A stretch of DNA of 64,000 nt from a virus (taxonomy: Duplodnaviria > Caudoviricetes): positions 14,176-78,175 of the IMG/VR virus record IMGVR_UViG_3300037714_000266. One strand, 5' to 3'. A program made the translations under genes and the position numbers. The notes under the pieces are model-generated. The model did no database searches, was not told the origin of the DNA, and saw nothing but the letters and a program-made list of their open reading frames with translations. Below, piece by piece: positions 31,933 to 42,426 of the stretch (its first letter is position 1; every line of letters starts with the position of its first letter).

Positions 31933-34070
31933 GCCGAGATGGCTCCCGTCGTAGCAGAAACCGTCTGCGCGGTGAACGTAACGGTTCCTTTCGTGATGAC
32001 CTGCTGGTCGGTGACGATGAGGTTTCCGTCTGCGTTGATGAACAGAGCATCTCCGATGATCCTGATGACCCCGAAGTCGACGCCCTCGATGCCGCCTCGT
32101 CCGGTGTCTCTGTCTGGCACAAGGATCGTGTACAGATCGGACAGTCGAAGCGACCTGCCGAAAGCGCGGACCTTCAGCAACGTGTCAACGGCTGTACGTG
32201 CGTTGGAAAGCACGGTGGCCTGAACGTAAGTATCGAGGATACCGAGAACGATGGTGATGTCAGCAGACACGAGGAAGTTACCGCCGCTCATGACCTCGAC
32301 GACCTGGGTTACTTCCTTTCGAGATTCTAGGTACCGCTCTAGCGATCGCTGAAGAGCAATCGACGGCTCCTGAAGGAATCCATCAACGTCGCGCGTCAGA
32401 ATCGGCACCTGAACCAAATTGGCCTGACAGTCTGCTGCGAGGAACCCATCCACGTGGGCATAGATGTCATCCAACTCATCAGACACAGCCGTGTCGAACT
32501 GAGCTGCGATGAGCGTGTCGATGTCGTCAAGATCGGTTAGCGCAGCAGTCAGGTTTGTGCTGACAGTAGCAAGTCCAGGAGTAACGACGTTCGTAATCCC
32601 TTCGTTGGCATCGAACACCTGCTGCTCGATCGAACCGCATCTCGCGATGATCGTGTCTAGGCGGGAGTACATGCCAGCCAACTCGCTCTTGATCGAATTG
32701 AGTCTTGCGTTTTTTGCCGCATCTCCGCTTACACCAAGACCCTCGTCCGCAAGCACATCAGAATCGGTCACATCAGAGCGAATGGACTCAGCTTCGGATC
32801 GGATGTCGATCGCATCTCCGGTGGGCAGTGCGGTCAATGGATCGGTGACGATCTGATCAAGGGCCGGCTTAATCGTGTTCGAGACTTCGTCCTCGATGTC
32901 ACTTCTCTCTGACTCTGCGCTATTGAGAGATGCCCTTGCGGTTGCGGTTTCGGCCTGCACGTTGGCACTGATCGGCTCGATGATGTCTCGAATGTTCTGG
33001 AGAAGGATCTGAAGGGTGAGGTCTTCGGAGGCACCGCGAGCTACGAACGCTTGCGCAACGGCAACGGCCCCGGCCAAAGGATCAGCATAAGCCCTCGACA
33101 ACCCTTCGTAGTCCTCGCGAGTCACGGCAACATTACGGGCCTTGAAGAACGCCGGAGCATTGGCACGGATGCTATCCAGGGACTCTCGGTTCGACCCACC
33201 AGAGGATGGCGATGGGTTGGTGATGGTGATCTCGATGTTCGTGAAAGCAACCACCAACGGATCAACAACGTCGGTGATTGTATTCGACTTTACGAGCCCG
33301 GCCTGACCAGAAGTCGCCACGTATTCGATGCGGATGGATGCTCCGTCTGCCGGGATGTTGCCTGCTACACCATCGCCGAAACGAAGCAACGGCGGCTCCG
33401 CGTTCTCCTCTAGTTCGAACTGATCTGTCTGGTCGAAGGTGATGATCTCGCTTTCTGTCCACGGAGATCCATCAACAGTGACGATTGCACTGTCGCCGGC
33501 AACGAACTTCCCTTCGCCTGGGTTGAGTCGAAACACCTGGTTGCGAGTTCCGTTGGAAGAGAAGTTCTCGACAGTGGTAACACCCTCGCGCACCGATACG
33601 GTTCTAGGTGGGCTCAGAGGGCCTTCGCCAACCGGGAAGATGATCTCTTCTGCGGCTTCGAAGATGAGATCACTTGGTCCCTGGAACTGAAACCCAACCT
33701 CTATCGGCACATCGAACGCCTGGATCTCGTTGAGTAGAACTTCGAGATCGGTCGACGCGCCGACAGCCGCAGCGGGTTTGTAGCCGATGTTTCTTGATAG
33801 CCGGTTGAGTGATCGCCGAAGTCGTGCTGTCGCGATGTAACTCTCGGTTGCCTGTCGGTCGATGTAGAAACTCAGCGTCTCTGCGGCCCAGCACACGATG
33901 TCGATGAGCATCTGACCCGTCCCGGAGGAGACGAAGTCGTTGAACTCGGTGACGTATAGGATCTGAAGACGCGCAACCAGGTCATCGACGAATGTGAAGA
34001 AGTCTTTTCCGGCAAACCTTGCTCGATTGATGAGAGCCTGCGGAGACTCCAATTGAATTGGATCAGCCAT
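31929..34070 (-). CDS. Baseplate wedge J-like / T4 gp6-like protein
   Basis: KDF..FV...ESYIATAR...IGY; SNG..NQ.F; FGDG..G.IP; GGS.RES...IR..AP...RAVT.EDY. Confidence 0.9.
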   Translation of the reverse strand: MADPIQLESPQALINRARFAGKDFFTFVDDLVARLQILYVTEFNDFVSSGTGQMLIDIVCWAAETLSFYIDRQATESYIATARLRRSLNRLSRNIGYKPAAAVGASTDLEVLLNEIQAFDVPIEVGFQFQGPSDLIFEAAEEIIFPVGEGPLSPPRTVSVREGVTTVENFSSNGTRNQVFRLNPGEGKFVAGDSAIVTVDGSPWTESEIITFDQTDQFELEENAEPPLLRFGDGVAGNIPADGASIRIEYVATSGQAGLVKSNTITDVVDPLVVAFTNIEITITNPSPSSGGSNRESLDSIRANAPAFFKARNVAVTREDYEGLSRAYADPLAGAVAVAQAFVARGASEDLTLQILLQNIRDIIEPISANVQAETATARASLNSAESERSDIEDEVSNTIKPALDQIVTDPLTALPTGDAIDIRSEAESIRSDVTDSDVLADEGLGVSGDAAKNARLNSIKSELAGMYSRLDTIIARCGSIEQQVFDANEGITNVVTPGLATVSTNLTAALTDLDDIDTLIAAQFDTAVSDELDDIYAHVDGFLAADCQANLVQVPILTRDVDGFLQEPSIALQRSLERYLESRKEVTQVVEVMSGGNFLVSADITIVLGILDTYVQATVLSNARTAVDTLLKVRAFGRSLRLSDLYTILVPDRDTGRGGIEGVDFGVIRIIGDALFINADGNLIVTDQQVITKGTVTFTAQTVSATTGAISA

Positions 34071-34450
34071 CAGAGCGTCCTCGGGATGACCACCGAGATC
34101 TTCTTGATGTCGGCAAGTACGCGATAGGTGATATCCACGACAAGTTCTTCCTGCTCCAAAGCCGGTATGAACCGCCTGTTGACGTTGACCGCCAAAACCT
34201 GGGATCTCGGCTCACCATCCCCAAGAGCCGCTCGTACCTCATCGTCGATTCTCGCCGCCAACACAGGACCCACGGATTCGAAGACAAAGTCGTAGATATT
34301 GGACCCGGTAGAGGGTCGCATTACCCGAGAACCGCGCCTGGTCAGCATGGTCCGCATGATGTTGTGGGCGATGACGTCGTCGTCTTCGGCCCTTGCTGGC
34401 AGAGAAAACGCGGACTTACCGAACGGAAAAGCGATGCCTAGGATGGTCAT
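34070..34450 (-). CDS. Baseplate wedge gp25/W-like protein
   Basis: GIAFPF...NIMRTMLTRRGSRVMRPSTGS...EPR. Confidence 0.9.
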   Translation of the reverse strand: MTILGIAFPFGKSAFSLPARAEDDDVIAHNIMRTMLTRRGSRVMRPSTGSNIYDFVFESVGPVLAARIDDEVRAALGDGEPRSQVLAVNVNRRFIPALEQEELVVDITYRVLADIKKISVVIPRTL

Positions 34451-34520
34451 GTAGCGCCACGTATTGCCTATTGAAGAGGCGGGCCCATCCTAACCCATCG
34501 AGGCCGCCACGTTGAGTCTC

Positions 34521-35096
34521 CTACTGAAGCACGCAAGTATTCGTAATTGGAAGCGGTCCTCCCATTGGAACCGTGGTCGTGTCCAACCCCGTAATGAGCA
34601 CGAAGACAGCCGATCTGGTTGCCACATCCATGGCCGCGGCAAACTCGGCGGCCTTCTGCTGAGCCGTCACCCCTGGGTCGTACCTGAGAGCCGCCGGCAG
34701 GATGCTTGAAAACATGACACCAGGCGTCACCAGGGTCACCACAGAGGTCGCCTCGGTGGCGAAGATCGTGGTCCCTCCCACATTGGGGCACGGCGGAACC
34801 GGTGGTGGGATCACTCCTACGTCGAAAGCGGTTCCGGTCCAATACGCCACGAAAGCTGCCTCCATCTGCTGTGCCCAAATGGTAGCCGTGCGCGAAGCAA
34901 AGAAGTTGAGAGGCGCCGAGAACTTCGACGGCATCAGATTGTTCGGCGACTCTCCGCTGACATCTTCAGCGTCGGACGCGTACGCATGATAGGCGTTAGT
35001 CCAGAACCGCTCGGCCTGACTTCCGTTGTAGATCAACCCCGGCCTGGTAAAGAACCGCACCAAACTCGCCTGAAGCTTCGAGCGTTGGAGCGTCAT
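34521..35096 (-). CDS. Baseplate-region hypothetical protein
   Basis: 191 aa, coupled downstream of the spike gene. Confidence 0.65.
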   Translation of the reverse strand: MTLQRSKLQASLVRFFTRPGLIYNGSQAERFWTNAYHAYASDAEDVSGESPNNLMPSKFSAPLNFFASRTATIWAQQMEAAFVAYWTGTAFDVGVIPPPVPPCPNVGGTTIFATEATSVVTLVTPGVMFSSILPAALRYDPGVTAQQKAAEFAAAMDVATRSAVFVLITGLDTTTVPMGGPLPITNTCVLQ

Positions 35097-35839
35097 TTCG
35101 CAACCTTCACCGTCCTCGACAACGCTTGTTGAAGTCGTATTTTGATGGCTTGGAACTGAAGGGCGTTGATTGGCGTCGAACTTGGTCCTGTTGAGGTGCC
35201 AACCGTCATTGTGATGATCGCGTCTAGCATCTCTTCCAGAAGTCCCTTGAGTGTGTCTCCGAGAACACCTGGTTCGTTGCTTCCAGCTCCGACCACCACG
35301 GTTTTGCCCTCGGTGTTCGTGTGGAAAATATGACCGTCCTTGTCGATGACGGTTTCTGCGCCATTGCTGTGCCTGAGTTGTACCTGTGCCGAGTCAGATC
35401 GATCATCGAACACGAGTCGATGCCCGCCGGGTGTCAGGATCCACTGAAGCCCGACGTCGGCAAGATCATCCGGCATGTCACCTTCGGCGAACCATCCGCC
35501 GATCCATAGCGGTACGTCGATGCGACCGAACTCAAACTGGACGTAGCAGAACGTGTTCTCAGGCGGCGTAAACCGGATGCCGTGGTCCTTGCCTGCCAAT
35601 GGAAATATGGGGAAGGCAACACGTGGCGGCGTCTCGTCCGTATCTCCTACCGCTGGGCATCGGATCTTGATGCGCCCCATGTTCTTGTCGTCGGTGTTGC
35701 TGATTACCTGCGCTCTGTACACCCCGTAATAGAGGTTGAGAAACTCAAGTCCATGGATGAGCAACCGATCTATGAACCGGTTGTACCCATGAGAGCTGGC
35801 ATACGGAGATCCAACCGGAGCGCGTCGAGAACGAATCAT
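35093..35839 (-). CDS. Baseplate spike (gp5/gpV/VgrG OB-fold)
   Basis: YGVYRAQV..N.D....GRIK...P...V.VQFEFG..D.P.W.G; GH.L.FDD. Confidence 0.9.
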   Translation of the reverse strand: MIRSRRAPVGSPYASSHGYNRFIDRLLIHGLEFLNLYYGVYRAQVISNTDDKNMGRIKIRCPAVGDTDETPPRVAFPIFPLAGKDHGIRFTPPENTFCYVQFEFGRIDVPLWIGGWFAEGDMPDDLADVGLQWILTPGGHRLVFDDRSDSAQVQLRHSNGAETVIDKDGHIFHTNTEGKTVVVGAGSNEPGVLGDTLKGLLEEMLDAIITMTVGTSTGPSSTPINALQFQAIKIRLQQALSRTVKVAK

Positions 35840-37239
35840 GCGTCCTCTGATGGCAACGCATCGACGTCGGAACCGCCGCCGATCGCGTCATCGGTGGTTG
35901 CCTCTGGCGGATCCTGTTGATTGATTTGCGGAGGTCGAACCTGAAAGAAACTGGCAATGAGATCTGACTGCGTCGCGTTGTTCATACAGGTCATGGTCAT
36001 AGACCACTCACCAGCCATCGCTCGATGCGTCATGCCGTGGACCTCGAAGGTGCCATCGAGTCGACCGGTACCGCGAATAGCAATCAGTTCACCGGGAATC
36101 TGTTCAGGAACACCGATGGCTGTGATGGTTGCATTCATAGCACCACGAACAGCGCCTTCGTCCCTGTGCGCTTGAACGACCTGCAACGTGGTGCGACTCG
36201 GATCGCGTGCCGACACAGGAAGGTACTCACCGGCGTCCAACTGCGACCGAGCGTCGGCGAATATCTGAGACAAATGATCGCCAATGACAGATGATCCGGT
36301 AGCTGTTGCGATCGCGAGACCGAGACCAGGCACAATGCTCGTCTCCTGATTGACTACGTGTCGCTCGATCTCTTTGTTCGTGGGATTGATGTCTCCAGTG
36401 CGAACAGACTCCGCAGATCTCGGCATCCAAATACCGAGCGCATCCGACTCGTAATCGAGAATCGGAAAAACGTTGATCATGTCGATCTGACGCCGCATCA
36501 CATAGGTGCGCACCGGTCTTTCTTGATTCTTCTCTCCTCTGCTCAAGACAAAGAGTCTGCTGCGTCCAAGTTCGTGTGGATCTGGACCCATGTAGCAGTC
36601 GACGTTGGATTGACGGCAAAGTTGATTGATGAACCCCCAATCAGAAAAACCGCCCTGGCTAACGCTCTCACGCTGACGATCCAACTCTTCGGAGCCATCT
36701 GGGTACTGGACTGACCATCTATGCCGATCTGCAATGTCAGCGATCACGTCACGGTATGAAGTGTTTTCGTAGACCTTGTTCGATGAGCTACGCAGGCTCG
36801 CAAACGCTCCACCCTCCCCGTTGAGTGTGGCAAGAAGCCCATCGTCAGGGGCAATACGAATGGCTGGTTTGATAGCCATGGCACTGAACCACGGAGTGAA
36901 CCGACCTGACTTTGGGTAACCGAGTTGCGCCTCGATGACGTTGCCGATCTTGAACAACGAACTGTCCAGCATACGAAGACCGAGGTCATACGGCGCCGCT
37001 ATGGTGACGGTTAGCTTCCCGTTGAGCCCAAGATTCAGATCGATTTCGAGACTCTCGACGACTGGAAGATCGATGCCGGTGAGTTCTCCAGCACTCGCCA
37101 TGGCCGCCCCGCCAAGTCCGCTGCCGGGAGAACCCGTCGCTCCCTCAGTCGCAGACGTCCACAACAGATACGAAGGACCGTCGGTGTCGCGCACGCGCAC
37201 GAGCATCTGAAAGCCAGTCGGATCGAGAGCCTGTGTCAT
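35836..37239 (-). CDS. Baseplate hub (gpD/gp27-like)
   Basis: Position and SDWGFINQLC, G.P...PG..I.I.G.GRLDG.F.V....H motifs. Confidence 0.8.
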   Translation of the reverse strand: MTQALDPTGFQMLVRVRDTDGPSYLLWTSATEGATGSPGSGLGGAAMASAGELTGIDLPVVESLEIDLNLGLNGKLTVTIAAPYDLGLRMLDSSLFKIGNVIEAQLGYPKSGRFTPWFSAMAIKPAIRIAPDDGLLATLNGEGGAFASLRSSSNKVYENTSYRDVIADIADRHRWSVQYPDGSEELDRQRESVSQGGFSDWGFINQLCRQSNVDCYMGPDPHELGRSRLFVLSRGEKNQERPVRTYVMRRQIDMINVFPILDYESDALGIWMPRSAESVRTGDINPTNKEIERHVVNQETSIVPGLGLAIATATGSSVIGDHLSQIFADARSQLDAGEYLPVSARDPSRTTLQVVQAHRDEGAVRGAMNATITAIGVPEQIPGELIAIRGTGRLDGTFEVHGMTHRAMAGEWSMTMTCMNNATQSDLIASFFQVRPPQINQQDPPEATTDDAIGGGSDVDALPSEDA

Positions 37240-37569
37240 TCACCGGCCCTCCAACCCTCGCGACGGCCGACGAAGGATCTGCGAAAACACACGCCTGGCC
37301 GACGGGACCGTGATCACCTGCCCCTCGTAAAGGCCGTTGGGGATCAAATCAATCCCGTTCGCAAGGGTGATAATCCACCACAGATCGGAGGAACCATAAA
37401 AGTCGTTGGCGAGTCGGTCAGCGCGGTCATTTCGATCGACGATGTACCGCCGGTCGTCCGGAGCTGGATCGATCTTCGGATACTCAGGCATCTCCCAATA
37501 CTCGATGTTATCCAGCGTGCTCAGGCGCGCGAACTTCATCCGCGAGGTATCTCGGATCCGTACCGTCAT
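37240..37569 (-). CDS. LysM-like baseplate protein (gp53 / tail X-like)
   Basis: DRADRLANDFYGSSDLWWII..ANGI....G..I.VP. Confidence 0.85.
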   Translation of the reverse strand: MTVRIRDTSRMKFARLSTLDNIEYWEMPEYPKIDPAPDDRRYIVDRNDRADRLANDFYGSSDLWWIITLANGIDLIPNGLYEGQVITVPSARRVFSQILRRPSRGLEGR

Positions 37570-40500
37570 CGCGTCTCATGATCCGGGCCGGGCCCGGCGA
37601 CACGAGGCGAAGCGCCGCGTGGTGTGGGATTTCTGTCGCCGCCCATGACACTTCGAAGCTGACGCATTGCTTCGGATCCAAATGCTTTGATCATCATGTC
37701 GCGCTCGGCCTCGCGTTCCGTTTGCTGAGCCTCGCGCTGGGCCTGACGGCGTTCTCTGTCACGCTGGGCCGGAGGTGTCTCCCCGGTCGTTGCGGCCCTT
37801 CCATCAACGCGTGGCCTGCCATCAGAGGTCACGGTCGGCCGCTCGTCCGCTGCCTCGCCACCACCAGGACCCACACCGATGCCGGCTAGGGTTCGCTCTA
37901 TCTCACTGCTCGTAAATCCACGCCCAGCACTAACCGCCTGTTCGATGTCAGACACGGCAGCACTGAACTGCTCTTCGCCGATTCGTCCCTCTTGCGCAGC
38001 CTGTGCGATCCCTTCCAAAAGTGGACGCGCAGATTGGTAGGCTTCTTGGACTCGTTCCTGGCGAGCACGACCTGCCAACCTTCCGCTTTCGACGTCGGAG
38101 ACAAACTGCCGAAGCCTGCTGGTTGCGCGGTCGAAGAACGCTTCTGTCGAAACAGCGAACTCCCTGATGCCACTCACTGTGGATTCAAGCGACACCGCCT
38201 GGTTGTGCTGATATGCACTGGCCTGGCTTTCCATGGTGTTGTACGCGTTGGCTGTAGCAGTGGCCTGCTGAGCGATCTCGCGCGTCATCCTAGCTGTTTC
38301 GATCCGATACGCCTCGCCTCTTGCGCGAGACTTACGCTCCATCTCGTCAAGTTGTTCGTCGAGTTCTGTGATCGGCTCCTGGATCCGAGTCCTCATCTCG
38401 TTGAGGTTTCGATCGATGGGACCCAGATCGACACCAATGCGCGAGAGAACACCTCGTAGCGGCTGGAGGTTTTGGATGAAGTCGAGGATGAGCAAAGGTA
38501 GGTTTCTGAAACCCCTCTCGATGCGCATCATCCCGCCTTCCATGCCTTCGAACAGGTTGGTGAAATGAAAGTCCGCGAACGCGATGGCCATTCCAACGCT
38601 GTTGCGAATGGTTGTTCCAATCAACTCCCACCCAGCCGACAAAGTGTTACGCCAACCGATCCACCGAATGACCAACATTCCGATGGCAGTTTCAATGGTG
38701 TTGAAAGCTGTCACGGCAGTGGTCGCGATGTGCCCGAATGTTCGCACCGCCACCGTAAGAGCGGTGCTCATCGTGTTCACCCACGTATGGGCCAAACGAA
38801 CTATCACGGGCCTGATCACGTTGGACCACATCCACTTGGCGGCGACACCGATCTTCTGCCAGACCCACTTAGCCGCTGGCCATATGTGCTTCACGAAGAC
38901 CTCGACGACCTCTTTTTTCAGATCCTTGAGCATCGGCGAAACGGTTTCTTCCCAGAACGCGAGCGCCATGCTGGCAAGATCCTGCCAAAGAAGGATCGCC
39001 TCATCGATGATGGGGTTGATCTCGGTGTCCCAGTAGTCAACGAAGTCGTTGAAGGTCGGCTGAACAACGTCTTCCCAGAAGCCTCCGATGAGATCAGCTC
39101 CGAAGATGTTCGTGAAGAGAGTTCGGACGCGACCTGGTAGGCCCATGAGAGCCAAGTTGAATACCGAGAAGAATCCCTCGAACAGCACGTCACCCCAATC
39201 GCCGTCCTCGATGGCGCGTTGGAGATTGCCGAGGTTTGTTGAATCCCAGAGAAAACCAAAGATGCTGTTGAAAATGCCGCCGCCGGTCTCTCCAAACATA
39301 CCCTCGGTGATCCCGCTCATCATCGTGCCGAGGTTGGTGAAGATGGACCGAATCGCTCCGGCAACAGAACGCAAGATCTCGCGACCGCGTCCGCCCTCGC
39401 CAAAGGATGCGAAGATGGTCACGAGCCCGTCCTTGATGCTCTCACCAACGGCTTGCCAATCGACCGAGTCGACCCAGTCCCCGACCTTGCCGGCGAGGTC
39501 TTCGAGGTAGACGCCTGCGTTCTCGATCAACGGAAGCAAATCATCCCAGTAGTAAATGGCTGCTGCGATACCGCCGACGAGCAACGTCCACGGGTTGAGA
39601 AGGAATCCAATGGCGCCGCCGAGACCCGGCATCATGGCGGCCATCTGAGTCATCGCGAGGATGAGTGGACCAGCCTCAGTGGCGCCTTCGAACAAACCGG
39701 CGCCAAACATACCGATGAGTGGCAAATTCTTCTCGATGGCTTCCGGAAGTTGAATCCCAAGACTCGGCAAAAGCCGCGTCTTTATCGACTCCACCAAACC
39801 AATGATGCCGTGCCTCCTGAAGTCGAGGAACGCCTGGGTGAGTCCACCAACTGGTCCATCTTCGGCCCGCAGTCCTTCGATGGTGTTTTCGAGCGTTTGG
39901 AACGCCCTTCGCTGCCTACCAAGCACCTCGCTATTACTCAGCGTCGTCATCCGGTTGAGATGAGTCTCAAAGCTGTCCCGCATCCGCTCCATGTTCTCAC
40001 CGAACGTGCGCCCGCTGGCCGCCGCCGATCGTCCCATCCGGTTGAAGGCCCCGGTGATGTTCTCAACGGGCGCCTGAGCGCGCTGTAGAGCCGCTGCGGC
40101 GTCGTCTCCGCCGGTGACGAGGAACCGGAAGGACGTCGGCAACTCCTCCAAGGACGCCATCAAACGCATCGCGCGAGGATCGGACGCGTCGAGTTGACTC
40201 ATGAGTTGCTGCATGTTGGCAGCGAACGTGATCGGATCGCTCATCACACTCTGAAGGGCGCCGTCGATGTCGCCGCTGGCAATACCAATCTCTTGAGCGA
40301 GGTGAGGGAAATCGCTGGCAACGCCCGAGACAAGATCGCGGATCTGCCGTCTCTGTCCGCCGAGTGCTGTAAAAGTAGCGATCGCGTCCTGCATGGCTGC
40401 GTTGGCGTCGCCACCGAGTCTGTCGACGCTCGCTTTGGCGAGTCTAGCGATGGATTCCGTAACCTCGTCGATGCCGGGTGCAGCTCCAGGTGGGAATGCA

Positions 40501-41186
40501 CTGATGATCCCATCGGCCGCTTCGGTGATATTCGGCAAGGCTCGCGCGAATTCGCTCCCCGCACCGATACCCTCGCCAAGAGCAGTCAAGGTGTCGAGGA
40601 CTCGTTGTGCGCCGTCCGTCCCGAGGTCGTACCCGTGCGCCAACGAAGTGAGTGTAGAGCCAAGCTGTTCGGCCGAAAGAATGCCAGCTTGCATCGAACC
40701 GGCGACACCTCGCACTGTCAGTCCGTAGTCTGATAACTCGTCGCCCGATTGAACGATGCGGCGGATCCCTTGGACCATCTCGCCCGCATCGACGCCAAGG
40801 TCGTATGCCACGCCTCCGATGGCGCCGCGATACCGGTTCATCTGCGCCGTCATGTCGCCCATGCCAGCCGTTGCAGCACGAAACGACGCCGCGTACTGAG
40901 CACCAAAGGACTCAGCAGCCGTGTCCTGTGCCGAGGGTCCTAGCGCCCCTGCGCGCTCGGCAATACCTTCAAGCGCTCCGCGGATGTTCGTGAGTTGATG
41001 GAGGTTCAGAGCGCCAATAGCATTGCCGAACCGCTGAAGCATGTTCGATGACTTGCCGACTTGCTTGACGTTCTCCTTCAGATCGTCCATCCCGCCGGCC
41101 AGACGTTCGGTCATGACCACGGCGCCATCGTCCTTGGCTCCGAACAGGAACCCGAACGAGAACAGCCGTTTGATGCTTCCAGCCAC
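37566..41186 (-). CDS. Tape measure protein
   Basis: 1206 aa, helical, Ala/Gly-rich with W/F repeats; between chaperone and LysM genes. Confidence 0.9.
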   Translation of the reverse strand: MAGSIKRLFSFGFLFGAKDDGAVVMTERLAGGMDDLKENVKQVGKSSNMLQRFGNAIGALNLHQLTNIRGALEGIAERAGALGPSAQDTAAESFGAQYAASFRAATAGMGDMTAQMNRYRGAIGGVAYDLGVDAGEMVQGIRRIVQSGDELSDYGLTVRGVAGSMQAGILSAEQLGSTLTSLAHGYDLGTDGAQRVLDTLTALGEGIGAGSEFARALPNITEAADGIISAFPPGAAPGIDEVTESIARLAKASVDRLGGDANAAMQDAIATFTALGGQRRQIRDLVSGVASDFPHLAQEIGIASGDIDGALQSVMSDPITFAANMQQLMSQLDASDPRAMRLMASLEELPTSFRFLVTGGDDAAAALQRAQAPVENITGAFNRMGRSAAASGRTFGENMERMRDSFETHLNRMTTLSNSEVLGRQRRAFQTLENTIEGLRAEDGPVGGLTQAFLDFRRHGIIGLVESIKTRLLPSLGIQLPEAIEKNLPLIGMFGAGLFEGATEAGPLILAMTQMAAMMPGLGGAIGFLLNPWTLLVGGIAAAIYYWDDLLPLIENAGVYLEDLAGKVGDWVDSVDWQAVGESIKDGLVTIFASFGEGGRGREILRSVAGAIRSIFTNLGTMMSGITEGMFGETGGGIFNSIFGFLWDSTNLGNLQRAIEDGDWGDVLFEGFFSVFNLALMGLPGRVRTLFTNIFGADLIGGFWEDVVQPTFNDFVDYWDTEINPIIDEAILLWQDLASMALAFWEETVSPMLKDLKKEVVEVFVKHIWPAAKWVWQKIGVAAKWMWSNVIRPVIVRLAHTWVNTMSTALTVAVRTFGHIATTAVTAFNTIETAIGMLVIRWIGWRNTLSAGWELIGTTIRNSVGMAIAFADFHFTNLFEGMEGGMMRIERGFRNLPLLILDFIQNLQPLRGVLSRIGVDLGPIDRNLNEMRTRIQEPITELDEQLDEMERKSRARGEAYRIETARMTREIAQQATATANAYNTMESQASAYQHNQAVSLESTVSGIREFAVSTEAFFDRATSRLRQFVSDVESGRLAGRARQERVQEAYQSARPLLEGIAQAAQEGRIGEEQFSAAVSDIEQAVSAGRGFTSSEIERTLAGIGVGPGGGEAADERPTVTSDGRPRVDGRAATTGETPPAQRDRERRQAQREAQQTEREAERDMMIKAFGSEAMRQLRSVMGGDRNPTPRGASPRVAGPGPDHETR

Positions 41187-41201
41187 GGATCTTTTCTACC
41201 G

Positions 41202-41392
41202 TCATCGACCCCTGTGAGTCTTGTTTTTGTTGTGCAAGATTCGCAATTGGTCGAGGTGGGCCTTTTCCTCGCACATGCGCCTGCGCCGACCCGACGGCAT
41301 CGCCATGATGCTTTCGTAGGGTTGGTGCAGAGCCTCCATCAGGTAGAAGATTTCCGCTTCGAGCGCCTGGAGGATGCCGAAGGGAAAAAAAA
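41202..41392 (-). CDS. Frameshift extension of the tail assembly chaperone (-1 frame)
   Basis: LEAEIFYLMEALHQPYESIMAMPSGRRRRM, with no convincing start of its own; entered at the T8 run. Confidence 0.75.
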
Positions 41393-42382
41393 GGTCTTCT
41401 GTCCCACGTCGAGAACGCCGTTGAATTCGGTCTTGCAGTGCTTGCACTCGAACTCCAGGTCGATGTCGATCCCGGGTTCGTGTTCCAGGAACGCCTCGCG
41501 GAAGTCCTCACGGTCGCCGCTGGACAGCGACTTCACTGCCTGAACAACGGCCTTTGCTCGCGACGACAGCTTCAGCTTCGTCTTCTTCTCGTTGAAGAAG
41601 TCGGCCATCCCCAACCGGACGTCATGATCTCCCCACTGGGCAAGACGAACGACGATCATGTAAGTCAGGATCTCGTGGTCGATCTCGGTGATGTTGCTCA
41701 GAGCTGTGAGCAACTCGTCCTGTGGGCCGAGCATGACGCGCCACGTCACTTGGATGTTGGAGTCGCGCAGCAGTAGATCGTGAATCCGCGCCGTGGGATC
41801 GGGAGACTCGAAGGTCTCCAGTTCTCCAAGGTTCACGGTGTACTGCTGCTCTTTGCCGCACGTCCGATGACGCGGACAGCAAACGATCATGTCGTAGTGG
41901 TCCTTCGTCCTGCGCCAATGCGTGGTCCGACGAATGCTGATCAGTAGATGAGTGCGACTGCCTGACGGCAGGTTTCGCACCACCTCACGAAGCTTGGATG
42001 GTTCGGTGATCGACTTGCCTTCCTCTGTCGAGATGGACAGCAAGCAATTCGCCATCAGCATCTCCATGCGCTCGATCAGAGATGTTGCGTCGTTGCCTAG
42101 GAGATCCTCTTCGTGACCTCCAATCGATCTGACGTGAACCCGATTGTACAACTCGGTCTTTTCACCGTCGGTTGCGACGTATCCACCGACAATCTGAAAC
42201 ACACCCTCTTCGGGCGCTGCGTCGGTCGCGCTTTCGTAATCGCCACCGCCTTCAACGCCATCCAACTCCAAGATCCCCGCTTGACCCTGGCCTTCCTTGG
42301 CGTCGTCGATAGCCGCCTTCAGTCGCATCTTCTGAAGCTGCGGTGAGGGAGTGCCCTCTGACCTGACGTTCTCGTTCTCCAT
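41339..42382 (-). CDS. Tail assembly chaperone
   Basis: Upstream of tape measure; CxxxxxC and CKHC zinc motifs; ends at the slippery site. Confidence 0.75.
   Translation of the reverse strand: MENENVRSEGTPSPQLQKMRLKAAIDDAKEGQGQAGILELDGVEGGGDYESATDAAPEEGVFQIVGGYVATDGEKTELYNRVHVRSIGGHEEDLLGNDATSLIERMEMLMANCLLSISTEEGKSITEPSKLREVVRNLPSGSRTHLLISIRRTTHWRRTKDHYDMIVCCPRHRTCGKEQQYTVNLGELETFESPDPTARIHDLLLRDSNIQVTWRVMLGPQDELLTALSNITEIDHEILTYMIVVRLAQWGDHDVRLGMADFFNEKKTKLKLSSRAKAVVQAVKSLSSGDREDFREAFLEHEPGIDIDLEFECKHCKTEFNGVLDVGQKTFFFPSASSRRSKRKSST
41384..41392 (-). other. Slippery site T TTT TTC (programmed -1 frameshift)
   Basis: Minus strand ACC TTT TTT TTC CCT near the end of the chaperone ORF. Confidence 0.75.
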
Positions 42383-42426
42383 CTACTCCTCCTAAAACCT
42401 TCTGCTGCTACTAGCGGACGGGCATC

